A stretch of 64,000 bases of DNA from Minisyncoccota bacterium (GTDB taxonomy: Bacteria > Patescibacteriota > Minisyncoccia > Phycocordibacterales > UBA9973). A program made the position numbers and the translations under genes. The notes beneath the pieces are model-generated. The model saw nothing but the letters and a program-made list of their open reading frames with translations, made no database searches and had not been told where the DNA came from. The stretch lies in assembly GCA_041667145.1 (NCBI GenBank), contig JBAYFP010000003.1:8424-72423 (forward strand), read 5' to 3'. Below are positions 1-9,080 of this stretch, piece by piece; position 1 is the stretch's first letter; each line of letters opens with the position of its first letter.

Positions 1-1076
1 AAGTCTAAAACTGGTTCAGTTATTATTTTATCGGATTTTTCTAAATCTACTGAAGCGAGAGCTAATTTATTTGCCGATGATGAATTATCTTTCGTTGATT
101 CTTGTATAACGGGAAGTATCGTCGTCAAACTATTTGCTTCGGGTAAACTCCCAATCACATTCGCAGATAAACCAGAAAAAACATTCCCAATTGCTAGACT
201 AGCACTTCGTATTCCACTCCCTATCGTCGCACCGACATTATACACACCATTTGCAATATATTTAGCAGTACTTTTTGTACTATTTATAACAAAATCAGCA
301 GAAGCCAAAACCGCTCCTTGCACTTTGTGAAAAGCGGTAAGTTTTTGTGGAGAAATACAAGTTTCTTGTGATGATTGTTCATCATTATTTTGAAGTTTAT
401 TTAAAGATGTTTTTATGTCAGAAATAATTCTATCTCCTTGATATTTTAAATAAACATCCGAAAAACTATGCCCATTCCCATCACTAGATTGAAGTGGTAT
501 GTGAATATTCGGCGGTAAAATTTTAATAAAACGTGCCACCATCGTCGCGATCACATTGTCTGTATCAGAAGTTAAATATTGTCCTCCTCCTGCTACACGG
601 TTCGCGGGACTTCCGACACCATAGACACCGATAGATTGGCTCGGAACTCCACCTTGTTGTGAAGCAATTTTATCGTAAAAATTATTTGCATAAAAGTTCC
701 CTTGAGAATGACCGAAAAGAAGAAGCTTTTGCGTTGTCACTTTTTGACTTGCATCATTTAGCATCTCAATAAGATCATAATCAGATTTTTCATCAAAAAG
801 CCCTTGCTGCACAGCATCAATTAAATCTTTCACACCAGAAAGATGGGTAGGATTGTAGAGATAATTTACTGTAATAGTTTCATTATTAAAATTCGGTGGT
901 AATTTATATTTTAAGGCAAATGCATTTAACTTTGCACCATTTTCGTCCGTGAATATACCATTTATAGTAGTAACCGTATAACCTTTCGAGGTGCATAATT
1001 CACTTGCCGAAACACTTTTAAAACAAATTAAAAATAGCAAAACCACAACAAGAATATAAGATATCCTTTTTTTCAT
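1..1076 (-). CDS. Secreted alpha/beta-hydrolase (class 2 lipase/esterase-like). 3' end runs off the window start.
   Basis: ATG at 1076..1074 on the minus strand. N-terminal signal peptide MKKRISYILVVVLLFLICF. Nucleophile-elbow motif LLLFGHSQGN (G-H-S-x-G), and a later VYGVGSPANRV segment resembles Bacillus LipA-type lipases. The ORF is open to position 1. Confidence 0.5.
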   Translation of the reverse strand, partial: MKKRISYILVVVLLFLICFKSVSASELCTSKGYTVTTINGIFTDENGAKLNAFALKYKLPPNFNNETITVNYLYNPTHLSGVKDLIDAVQQGLFDEKSDYDLIEMLNDASQKVTTQKLLLFGHSQGNFYANNFYDKIASQQGGVPSQSIGVYGVGSPANRVAGGGQYLTSDTDNVIATMVARFIKILPPNIHIPLQSSDGNGHSFSDVYLKYQGDRIISDIKTSLNKLQNNDEQSSQETCISPQKLTAFHKVQGAVLASADFVINSTKSTAKYIANGVYNVGATIGSGIRSASLAIGNVFSGLSANVIGSLPEANSLTTILPVIQESTKDNSSSANKLALASVDLEKSDKIITEPVLD

Positions 1077-1099
1077 ACAAATATTTAGTTAACTCTTAA

Positions 1100-1696
1100 T
1101 TAATCTGATAATAAACTAACATCAACATCACAACCTGATTGTAATTTAAAACTCCCTACATTCTTATCGAAGTTTATTTTTAAATCTTTTCTTTCTTTTG
1201 TATTGAGTTGCAAATTCTCAACAAAATTACGATATAATTCAATTTTTTGTAAGTCACCATCACCTTTTAAAACAATTCTCCCAATACAATCATAAGAACG
1301 TGATTCATTTTCTGCTACTGCTGTCGCTGTCTCTTTACTAATGTCTAATTGCCCTGTTTCAATCTGAAGTACCAACGCATACTGCAAAAGAACTGCGCGA
1401 GTTTTGGCAGAATTTGGATACTCCTTAAAAACCGCAAGCTCGACGTCATCACGAATGCCATTGTTGTTTGCATCTATCCCCTCTACAGTCTTGCCAGCTT
1501 CTTCTCCTGGGTCCGGTGGAAGATTCTTCCCTAACACATCATCCATAGTAAGTTTAGTATTATGAATTTTTTCTACTTGCGCATTTGTTTTTGCTTCACT
1601 ATTGCGATAGATCACACGTCCAATAATTAAAATTAAAAATAGTCCAAGTAAAATTAAAAAAGTAAATTTTAATATTTTCATTTTTTGCATTTCCAA
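1100..1696 (-). CDS. Hypothetical membrane-anchored protein (single N-terminal TM), co-directional with the downstream hydrolase.
   Basis: 198 aa ORF. Hydrophobic N-terminus KILKFTFLILLGLFLILIIG. No recognisable motifs. Confidence 0.4.
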   Translation of the reverse strand: MEMQKMKILKFTFLILLGLFLILIIGRVIYRNSEAKTNAQVEKIHNTKLTMDDVLGKNLPPDPGEEAGKTVEGIDANNNGIRDDVELAVFKEYPNSAKTRAVLLQYALVLQIETGQLDISKETATAVAENESRSYDCIGRIVLKGDGDLQKIELYRNFVENLQLNTKERKDLKINFDKNVGSFKLQSGCDVDVSLLSD

Positions 1697-1732
1697 ATTA
1701 TATTATTAAAATAAATTAATCAAAAGAAAAAG

Positions 1733-1802
1733 TGTGGAGAACCCTACAGACGTTGGACGTCTGGGACTTATCCACACTCCCAGACGTCCAACGTCTGGGA
1801 GA
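1733..1802. repeat. REP1 composite unit: outer stem tgtggaga/tccaca enclosing the palindrome cagacgttggacgtctg, followed by its inverted copy cagacgtccaacgtctg.
   Basis: Read directly from the sequence. About 94% identical to the unit at 2613..2682 in the same orientation. GC-rich in an AT-rich context. Confidence 0.85.
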
Positions 1803-1829
1803 AAAATTACTTGCAATTTTTTTATAATG

Positions 1830-2486
1830 TTAGACATCAATAGAAAAATCTTCTTTTAGAAAAATAGGAAATTGTTCTCTTTGTTCTCTAACTAAAGAAG
1901 CTACTTTTAAACATTCCTCTTTAAAATTTAAATTATCACCATAAAATTCAAGGAGGATAGCTGCTTCTTTTTTAGAAACTATCTTAAAATTCATTCTCTC
2001 ATATTCTTTATCACTAGATACAATCAGACAACTTTTCTCAGGTGGTATATCATGAATCATGTAATTGACATTTACATAAGGAAAAACCTTTAAAAAATAC
2101 TGTTCGTCACTTATCAAATTAGATTTAAATCTACCTTGGAATAGTGCCCCACTGCGATGATGTACTTCATTGAAGTATTTTGTATACCCACCCAACAATC
2201 TTTTTAGAAATTCAGAAATACCTCCATCTATCTCTTGTTTTAGAACAAAATGAAAATGATTTGGGTTAAAACAATAGCAAACAATAGAAACTAAAACGTT
2301 TTGCTCTCCCATACATACGATACCCGATTTATCCCTAATACTCCCTATTGGTTTAATTGTATTAAACTTCTTTACACTTAAAACAAAACGATCTATATCT
2401 TTTTTGGTTGTAAAAATGTCTCTTTTATCAACACCCCTATTAAAAATATGATAATACTGATCAGTTACGAGAGGATTTTTTCTCAT
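1830..2486 (-). CDS. IS200-like Y1 HuH transposase of the REP-associated (RAYT, COG1943-type) kind.
   Basis: 218 aa. Motifs YYHIFNRGVDKRDIF, the HuH motif NPNHFHFVL, and GYTKYFNEVHHRSGALFQGRFKS. These match the YHV-NRG...NHVHLL...Y--Y-N--H-R-GHLWQGRFKS pattern of PF01797/COG1943 proteins. Flanked on both sides by REP1 palindromes. Confidence 0.8.
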   Translation of the reverse strand: MRKNPLVTDQYYHIFNRGVDKRDIFTTKKDIDRFVLSVKKFNTIKPIGSIRDKSGIVCMGEQNVLVSIVCYCFNPNHFHFVLKQEIDGGISEFLKRLLGGYTKYFNEVHHRSGALFQGRFKSNLISDEQYFLKVFPYVNVNYMIHDIPPEKSCLIVSSDKEYERMNFKIVSKKEAAILLEFYGDNLNFKEECLKVASLVREQREQFPIFLKEDFSIDV

Positions 2487-2495
2487 AATAAATTA

Positions 2496-2527
2496 AGATT
2501 TCCAGACGTTGGACGTCTGGAAATCTT
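2496..2527. repeat. REP1 single extended palindrome agatttccagacgttggacgtctggaaatct, 10 nt upstream of the RAYT start.
   Basis: 31 nt near-perfect palindrome sharing the cagacgttggacgtctg core. Confidence 0.8.
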
Positions 2528-2612
2528 TTTAAAATATTTTAAATTAAATTATAAATGTAATTTAATTATTATCTCACAACACAAAAATTTTACCCTTCCT
2601 TCTGTGGATAAA

Positions 2613-2682
2613 CCTACAGACGTTGGACGTCTGGGACTTATCCACAACCCCAGACGTCCAACGTCTGGGAAAGAATAAAACA
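2613..2682. repeat. REP1 composite unit, second copy (direct repeat of 1733..1802).
   Basis: tgtggataaacctacagacgttggacgtctgggacttatccacaaccccagacgtccaacgtctggga. About 66 of 70 nt identical to copy 1. Confidence 0.85.
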
Positions 2683-2683
2683 A

Positions 2684-2718
2684 ACCAGCCCCAGACGTTT
2701 TACGTCTGGGGCTGGTTA
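2684..2718 (-). terminator. REP1-related 15 bp hairpin followed by a U-run on the minus strand. Likely the terminator of the surface-protein gene 2758..5046.
   Basis: aaccagccccagacg tttta cgtctggggctggtt. On the minus strand it is followed by tgttttattcttt. Confidence 0.6.
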
Positions 2719-2757
2719 AATTTACTTTTTAAAATTAAATTCTAAAAGATAAATTAT

Positions 2758-5046
2758 CTATTGAGCTTGAGAATTCATCATCTGTTTCGTCATAGGACCA
2801 ACAAGACCATCGGATACTAAACCATTAGCAGCTTGCCATTGTTTGATAACTGCGATCGTCTTTGGACCTAATTTGCCATCGAGAACCAAACCAAGATTTA
2901 GTTTAGCATTTAAGAATTTTTGTAATTCTATGACAGCAGCACCTTGACTTCCATTTTTCAAAACAGCCGTTCCAAAATTGTAAGTCGTAGGAGGTGTGAC
3001 GGTCGTCACATGATTCCCAACACAAGAAGCTCCCGTTGATGTACTGAAGCCAGTTGCTCTATTCCCACATCCTGGAATTTGAAGTGTCTCATTATTAACA
3101 CATGCTGCTCCAGTGGATGTATTAAACAAATTCCCTGCTGAACATCCTGGAGTTACAGCTGGTGGAACTACTGGAGTTGTATCTGGAGTTGTATCTGGAG
3201 TTGTATCTGGAGTTGTATCTGGAGTTGTAGTAACTGTAATAGGTTCATCTGAATCACTTGTAGTTTTACCAAGAGCAATGGTTATCATACCATCAGCTGC
3301 AGTAGTAAAGTATGTATTATTTGTATGTGTCGCAACTGGACTTGTAGAACCTGTTGAACCCCATGTACCTTTCTTTTGATAGGCTGTACCAAAATAAAGT
3401 TTATTCGCAGTATAAGTATTTGCAGTTGCTAAACTTAAAGTTCCTGCTGTTATGGTAAGGGTTCGACCTATAGCAAGACTAGTTGCTGTAGCAGCTTTTA
3501 TACCACTACCAGAAAGTCCTAGGTTACTATAAGTATTAGGAGTTCCAGCAAGAGCTGCATTTATTGTTTGCCCTGTCCCTCTGTAATTAACAGTGTTTCC
3601 TGCTGTTGAAACATTTAAGTTGGTAATTGCAGAAAGACCATCAATATTTAAAATACCAGTAGCACCGTTAACAAATCCAGTCCCTGCTCCAGATAAAGCT
3701 GTCGTAGCTGTAACCGTACCACTATTGTTTAATGTTCCAGCAATAGTAAGTAATGTTAATACTGTCAATGTACCAGAGTTAGAACATACTCCAGAAACAC
3801 TTACACTTGGAATGGCTAATGTTCCAGAGAGAGCACATGTCGCAGAAGAAAATGTGTGAACACCAGTAGTATTTGGAGTAGCAGTGAATGTACCAGTATT
3901 TGCTAAATTCCCTGCGAAAGTAATAGCAACAGCCACTGCTCCTTCAGTCCATGTACCAACATTTGATACATTTCCTGTAAAAGTTTTAAGACCTGTTGCG
4001 CTTAAAAAGTTTATTGTCGCTCCACTAGCAATTGTAGTGGTTCCTGTGACAGTTAAGACAGAATCAGCCGTAGCAAGAGTACCAGCAGCTACACTAAGGC
4101 CTCCAGCACCGATGTTTACAGTACTACCTGTTAAAGTTGTATTACTATTTAAAGTAACAAGACCTGTAAAAGTTTTAGTACCACTAGTGAATGATAATGT
4201 TCCTGTAGTAGCTACTGTAGTAGTACCAGTAACATTAAATGTATAAGTCGATGTGTCAAGGGTTCCAGTAGTTACAAGAAGATTTCCACCGATAGTAACA
4301 GTGCTACCAGTTGGAGTAACTGTATTTCCCGTACCAGCAATAGTAACATTGTTGTATGTAGTATAAGCACCCATTGCTTGTGCACCAGTTCCATTAAAAG
4401 TAATAGTACTACCAGTACCAGTAAATGTCCCACCAGCTGTAAAATCACCACCAACAGCAACAAGACTATTTGTAGCATTAAATACTGATGCTGCCCCAAG
4501 AGTCAAATTTGTACCAACATTGATATGACTAATACCCGTAGAAACTAATGAACTTTGAGCATTTGCAGCAAGAGTAATAGCAGCAGAAGTTGTTATCGTT
4601 CCAGTACTTATTGTAACTTGAGAAATTCTTGTTGCTGCCCCTCCTGTAATAGCTAAGTTTTGAGCCAATAATGTAGCATTACCAACAGCAAGAGTAGTTG
4701 TAGCAGAATCTCCTGTCGGAGTAGCAACGGTTACAGTTCCCGTGGCTGTAAGTGTAGTACTTGCTCCAGACATAGTAAGAGCTGTTGTTGAAACTCCATC
4801 GTTTATTGTAAGATTTACAATTGATGTTGCCACTGGAGTTGATGACAAAGTAACAAGGTGTCCTGAAGCAATAACTACAGAATCTCCAGTTTGAGGAGGA
4901 TTACCCCCTACCCAAGTAAGACCTGCATTCCAATCACCACCAGAAGCTGAAGTGACTGTTGCTGCTTCTGCTTTACCTGTAAACAAAGCTAAAGCAAAAA
5001 CAAACATTCCGACTGAAAGAAAAACATTTTTTAAATTAAACTTCAT
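2758..5046 (-). CDS. Large secreted Thr/Gly-rich (beta-helix-like) surface protein with a PDTT linker, Cys-motif repeats and a C-terminal PG_binding_1 peptidoglycan-binding domain.
   Basis: 762 aa. Signal peptide MKFNLKNVFLSVGMFVFALALFTGKAEA. Long T/G/S-rich repetitive region. Linker (PDTT)x4. Cys motifs P-G-C...TG..C repeated. The C-terminal segment GAAVIELQKFLN...DGKLGPKTIAVIKQWQAANGLVSDGLVGPMT matches the PG_binding_1 consensus. Confidence 0.7.
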   Translation of the reverse strand: MKFNLKNVFLSVGMFVFALALFTGKAEAATVTSASGGDWNAGLTWVGGNPPQTGDSVVIASGHLVTLSSTPVATSIVNLTINDGVSTTALTMSGASTTLTATGTVTVATPTGDSATTTLAVGNATLLAQNLAITGGAATRISQVTISTGTITTSAAITLAANAQSSLVSTGISHINVGTNLTLGAASVFNATNSLVAVGGDFTAGGTFTGTGSTITFNGTGAQAMGAYTTYNNVTIAGTGNTVTPTGSTVTIGGNLLVTTGTLDTSTYTFNVTGTTTVATTGTLSFTSGTKTFTGLVTLNSNTTLTGSTVNIGAGGLSVAAGTLATADSVLTVTGTTTIASGATINFLSATGLKTFTGNVSNVGTWTEGAVAVAITFAGNLANTGTFTATPNTTGVHTFSSATCALSGTLAIPSVSVSGVCSNSGTLTVLTLLTIAGTLNNSGTVTATTALSGAGTGFVNGATGILNIDGLSAITNLNVSTAGNTVNYRGTGQTINAALAGTPNTYSNLGLSGSGIKAATATSLAIGRTLTITAGTLSLATANTYTANKLYFGTAYQKKGTWGSTGSTSPVATHTNNTYFTTAADGMITIALGKTTSDSDEPITVTTTPDTTPDTTPDTTPDTTPVVPPAVTPGCSAGNLFNTSTGAACVNNETLQIPGCGNRATGFSTSTGASCVGNHVTTVTPPTTYNFGTAVLKNGSQGAAVIELQKFLNAKLNLGLVLDGKLGPKTIAVIKQWQAANGLVSDGLVGPMTKQMMNSQAQ
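3171..3230. repeat. 12 nt tandem repeat (ctggagttgtat) x5 encoding the (PDTT)n linker of the surface protein.
   Basis: Perfect tandem copies read directly from the sequence. Confidence 0.9.
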
Positions 5047-5224
5047 AATTTTTTTCCGTAAAAACGGATAATTAATAATAATTAATAATAATAATTTTTA
5101 AAGACAATAAACGTATCACCATCAAGACGACCTTCAATGGTAATTTATACATCTATTATAGAACTAAAACAATAAATATGATAACAAGTAAACTGTGGAT
5201 ATCTTTTTATATAAATAACCAAAC

Positions 5225-5254
5225 AAAAAACCACCCCCGTCGGGGTGGTTTTTT
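5225..5254 (-). terminator. Bidirectional intrinsic terminator hairpin ccaccccc-gtc-gggggtgg flanked by A and T runs. Terminates gene 5315..7516.
   Basis: aaaaaaccacccccgtcggggtggtttttt immediately downstream of the minus-strand gene end at 5315. Confidence 0.7.
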
Positions 5255-5314
5255 GAATACTTTTTAAGGCGTATTAACCATAACTAATCTTAAATCTTAG
5301 ATTCTAAACTCTAA

Positions 5315-7516
5315 TTAAAGAGCATAGTCACTTATTGCAGCTGCAGAAACAGGTGAGATAAAGTCAGTTAGATTAATTGTGTAGAACTTAGCAGCAGTAG
5401 CATCTGCTGGATCCCAGTTAATCGAACCAAGCTTTATTTGGTAGTAACCATCACCATCTGTACCTGTTGTATCAAGACTTAATGTAGCTGTCAAATGGAA
5501 ACGACGAGTAGCTCCTTCTTTAACCATAAAGTCGGTTGTACTATCGTCTGTTGTTGCTCCATCAGCTGTGAGAATAGATGTTGGGCCAACAGCATAGTTA
5601 GCCACTGCTTGATCTACTATAGAACCATTTTTAGCAATATAGTAAACAACACCTTGTCCTGCTCCAGTTGGCAAAGAAGCTATTGTAGTGTCAAATAATG
5701 CACTTTTATCAATATATACATCTTCACCGATAGCGGTAATATCAAAGTTGATAACCCCTGTATAAGAATCAGTCAATGTAGCAGTATCAGGAGATACCTG
5801 TCTTGTGCCAGTTGCAGATACTAAAGTAGCAACCATTCCCTTTGTATAGAATGTTTGGATATTACCAGTTGCAGAACCTGTTCTATCACCAGTAAGTACA
5901 GTATCACCACCTTCTGTTGTCTCAACAAGAACCTTTGTTACATCAGTAAGATCTGCACCCAAGAATGAGAGCTTCAAATTGTCTGCTTGGTCAAAGATAG
6001 CAGCACCTGAAGTTGTTGCAAGTGCTTTCATTGTTGCCTTAACTGTAAAGACTGTAGTCGTATCTTTCTCAAGAGTAAGACCAGAAATATCAGAGAAAAT
6101 AACTGTTCCAGCCGTTTCTTTATTAGCATAATCCCATGACGTTGAGGTTGATGGGTCTGAATCTGCTACGGCAATCGAATCTGTTCCTTTAAAGAGTTCC
6201 CAACTATTTACCATTTCAACCATACCATCAGAATCCCCGGTTGAAGTTGCAGCAAATCGAAGTTTTGTAATATCCATAGCACCACCTGTTGCCTTCAAAC
6301 TAAAGGTAAGCATTGGTACAACTGTTGTACCTGTTTCACTTAATGTGACAACTCCAGTTGTAGGATTACCTGATGCTGTAGCAAGTTTAAGTGCTAGGTC
6401 ACCTGAACTAACAACACTTGAGAAAGCAATTAATTCAGAAACAATAGTTGAATCTGTCAAAATGGCACCTGTCGCATCATTATAACGTACACTAACAGTA
6501 GCTACTGTCCAGTCTAAACCTGCACTATGTTGATCTGTTGAATCAATAGTACTATTAGCTGTTACTTCAACAACTAATGTTATTTTCTGACCAGCTTTTA
6601 CTATTACTCCTGAAAGTGGGATAGAACCACTGTATGTATTATTAGAGGTATCTCTTGTGAAGTTACTTGTAGAAAGTGATCCAACTTTAGTTGAACCCAT
6701 ATATATAGCAACATCACTCATATAACGATCTAATCGGTAAGAACCAGATCCACCATTCGCAGCATGTGTAAATTTAAGCTTTAAAGATGTAAGATTCAAA
6801 TCTGAACCATTATCAGCTTTAACCTCAAATGCGAGAACCTTTGCGGAATCACCTTCATTTACTTCCTCATCATTATAAACTGAAAGTTTTGTTAAAGCAG
6901 AAATATTTCCTGCTCCGCCAGTTACTGTTCCAGTTGTTGAATCACACTTTACGCCAGTTGTTGAACTGTATCCTACAGCTGATGTACAGCCTGCTGGATA
7001 AGTCGTAACTGTTGAACATGATAAACCTGTTGTTGTACTGTATCCTGCTGCTGATGTACAGCCTGCTGGATAATTACCAGTAACAGCACCATTACATGCC
7101 AAACCAGTTACTGAACTGAATCCTACGGTTGATGTACAACCTGGTAAGAAAGCACTAGCTGGAGCACCAGCATTGATTTGAGCGACAGCGGAAGCTCTGG
7201 ACATTGCGCCTAGAACACCGTCAGCTGCTAAACCTCTGGAACCCTGCCAAGCTTTAGCTTGAACTTCAGATAATGGTCCGAATTTTCCATCCTCAACTAA
7301 TTGAGCGGTGGTACTGTAACCATTAAGAAATCTCTGCCAAATTAATGCAGCTTGTCCTGAACTACCTGCGCGAACTGTAGCCGCATACTGAATATCAGCT
7401 GCTGTTACAATCGCTTGCTGAGCATTAGCTTTAGGTACAAGAGCGACAGCTCCTGCAACCAAAACTGCTACTAGCATAACTCCTAAAAGAAATTTTGATT
7501 TTAATAATTTACTCAT
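5315..7516 (-). CDS. Large secreted surface protein with an N-terminal PG_binding_1 domain and P-x-G-C-T-S...G-Y-S-x-T-T-G-x-x-C repeats.
   Basis: 733 aa. Signal peptide MSKLLKSKFLLGVMLVAVLVAGAVALVPKANA. QAALIWQRFLNG...DGKFGPLSEVQAKAWQGSRGLAADGVLG matches PG_binding_1. The Cys motif is repeated four times, then a long beta-rich region follows. Confidence 0.7.
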   Translation of the reverse strand: MSKLLKSKFLLGVMLVAVLVAGAVALVPKANAQQAIVTAADIQYAATVRAGSSGQAALIWQRFLNGYSTTAQLVEDGKFGPLSEVQAKAWQGSRGLAADGVLGAMSRASAVAQINAGAPASAFLPGCTSTVGFSSVTGLACNGAVTGNYPAGCTSAAGYSTTTGLSCSTVTTYPAGCTSAVGYSSTTGVKCDSTTGTVTGGAGNISALTKLSVYNDEEVNEGDSAKVLAFEVKADNGSDLNLTSLKLKFTHAANGGSGSYRLDRYMSDVAIYMGSTKVGSLSTSNFTRDTSNNTYSGSIPLSGVIVKAGQKITLVVEVTANSTIDSTDQHSAGLDWTVATVSVRYNDATGAILTDSTIVSELIAFSSVVSSGDLALKLATASGNPTTGVVTLSETGTTVVPMLTFSLKATGGAMDITKLRFAATSTGDSDGMVEMVNSWELFKGTDSIAVADSDPSTSTSWDYANKETAGTVIFSDISGLTLEKDTTTVFTVKATMKALATTSGAAIFDQADNLKLSFLGADLTDVTKVLVETTEGGDTVLTGDRTGSATGNIQTFYTKGMVATLVSATGTRQVSPDTATLTDSYTGVINFDITAIGEDVYIDKSALFDTTIASLPTGAGQGVVYYIAKNGSIVDQAVANYAVGPTSILTADGATTDDSTTDFMVKEGATRRFHLTATLSLDTTGTDGDGYYQIKLGSINWDPADATAAKFYTINLTDFISPVSAAAISDYAL

Positions 7517-8100
7517 AATTTTTTACTACGCCATTAATTAGTTTCGACAAAACTAAAAGCGTATTTTTCTATCATTATTTTTTTATTCACCTATAACTTT
7601 TAAAAATTAATAATGCGGTAAATAAATTTAATAATGAACAGATTTAAACTAAACGAAAACAAAACTATTTCAACAAATTTATTTCGTTAAAATATTCACT
7701 AAATCAGAAATATATTTCTCATTTAGTTATTTAGTTTTCAATGACCTTTCTTTTACCCATACAAATTTTTGACCTTTGATGGGCTTGCTCTCCTTCAAGA
7801 TTTTTTCGACGAAATCGTGAATGAAAACAAATAACATTTGCGAACACAGAACACACTTTACAGTGAGCAATCTGTGTACACCCAAACATTATAATATATA
7901 GCTCTAGGCTAGAGCAATAGACTATGTGGATAACCCCGAACAAAAGCCAAAGGCTTCGTACGAAGCAGGTTCCTTTTTGAGAGAAAACCTGTATAATCCA
8001 TACATCTATATTCTCATAATTTTAATCAAAAAGCAACCTAAATAGACCCTATAATTAAAGTAGACGTTTGACACTAGATAAAAGTACAAAAAATATCCAT

Positions 8101-8215
8101 AAAAATCACTAAATTAACTATCTTAAAAAGCATTGCGCAGGCGGGTAGCCGAGCATAGCAATTCGCCAACAGGCGAATATGCGTGGTTTTTAAAATAGAT
8201 AATTTAGTGATTTTT
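8101..8215. repeat. Hairpin element: about 22 nt AT-rich inverted arms (aaaaatcactaaattaactatctt / aagatagataatttagtgattttt) enclosing a GC-rich core with an internal hairpin attcgcc-aaca-ggcgaat.
   Basis: Read directly. The right arm overlaps the stop codon of gene 8204..9040. The core is followed by tggttttt on the plus strand. Confidence 0.6.
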
Positions 8216-9040
8216 CTGATTTAAAAAGTATTGACTCCAACGTTTCTCTCCAGTTTTCTTAAGGACATTGTCTTTTACCATGGAAACTAATTCACGTTGT
8301 AAAGTTTTCTCTCCGACTTCTTCATTGACACCTTGAAGTGCAACTGCTATGTCTCTTATACTCATTCCATCTGGCTTTTGTCCTAAAACTTTTATTATTG
8401 AATCCCTCCTCCCTTTCTTTATTAATCCCCTATCTTCGCTAAAGCTTCGAAGGGCAGATCCATGCTCAACTTTATTTAAAGCATTCATTAATGTACTTCC
8501 CTTTTGGACACCAATTCTAGTTGACTGTCCTTTATAAAGTGATGGGTTATGTCCTTTAGAAAAATCCTTTTCCTTATCAGACAAAGACACCTGAGGTGTC
8601 TCTAAAAATCCTTCAAGCCATAGATTGTTTCTGGAAGTAAATTCTTGAATAGATAGTTTCAACTCCTCAAACTCCTTTCTTAGGATATTGGAGTTCATTT
8701 CAGATATCATCCTAATGTCAAAAGAAATACTTAAAAAGGACAGGATTGAGACAATCTTTTCATTAAGTCCGTTAAGGTTTCCTCTCTGTCCTGAAGCTGT
8801 GTCTGATAAAATTTCTACACCCAATGTCCTTAATTTGAGACGAATGGGTTCGTCCTTTTCCATAGTGTCTGTGACCATGTAGAGAGCAGTAATAAGCTTA
8901 TTTATTTTAGTATAAGGTAAAGGGCTATACATATTGGGAGTGTCTATATCATATGAAGTCAAAGACCTTGATACAGTGTCTCTTATAGAACCTTTTGGAG
9001 AGTCTTTTAGGTTTTTATTTTCACCTAACATGCTGTCCAT
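8204..9040 (-). CDS. Hypothetical protein with a C-terminal winged-helix-like DNA-binding region.
   Basis: 278 aa. The C-terminal segment MSIRDIAVALQGVNEEVGEKTLQRELVSMVKDNVLKKTGEKRWSQY resembles the wHTH tails of Fic/DeoR-like proteins. No catalytic motif was recognised. Confidence 0.45.
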   Translation of the reverse strand: MDSMLGENKNLKDSPKGSIRDTVSRSLTSYDIDTPNMYSPLPYTKINKLITALYMVTDTMEKDEPIRLKLRTLGVEILSDTASGQRGNLNGLNEKIVSILSFLSISFDIRMISEMNSNILRKEFEELKLSIQEFTSRNNLWLEGFLETPQVSLSDKEKDFSKGHNPSLYKGQSTRIGVQKGSTLMNALNKVEHGSALRSFSEDRGLIKKGRRDSIIKVLGQKPDGMSIRDIAVALQGVNEEVGEKTLQRELVSMVKDNVLKKTGEKRWSQYFLNQKNH

Positions 9041-9080
9041 TATATATAGGACAAAAGAAAATGCAAGTCCATTTTAAAAG

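Larger units (their letters stand above)
1733..2718 (-). mobile_element. REP-RAYT-REP unit (RAYT A with its cognate REP1 palindromes).
   Basis: Transposase gene bracketed by direct copies of a 70 nt composite palindrome, plus two further variants of the same palindrome. Confidence 0.7.

Noticed and set aside
1100-1696. Idea that the 198 aa TM protein upstream of the lipase-like gene is a Lif-type lipase foldase
   Set aside because: It has only topological similarity (N-terminal anchor, adjacent lipase gene). No Lif motifs were recognised, and it is much shorter than Lif proteins. It is kept as hypothetical.
2448-2678. ORF 2448..2678 (+)
   Set aside because: It spans the REP1 palindromes and the RAYT start, and its translation is dominated by the palindrome sequence. 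No support as a gene.
1733-2718. Possible CRISPR array, because repeated GC-rich about 20-30 nt units are separated by unique sequence
   Set aside because: The units are palindromic and occur in inverted as well as direct orientation. Spacing is irregular (30, 700, 90 and 10 nt). They bracket a HuH transposase gene and there are no cas genes. This is REP/RAYT architecture, not CRISPR.
3113-4499. ORFs 3113..3379, 3593..3859 and 3884..4246 (+), and 4272..4499 (-), inside the large surface-protein gene
   Set aside because: They are antisense or out-of-frame readings of a highly repetitive T/G-rich coding region. Their low-complexity translations (V/P/A-rich) are typical of frame-shifted repeats.
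7731-7943. ORF 7731..7943 (-) in the long intergenic region
   Set aside because: It is short and Cys/Phe-rich with poor codon usage. It lies in AT-rich non-coding DNA.
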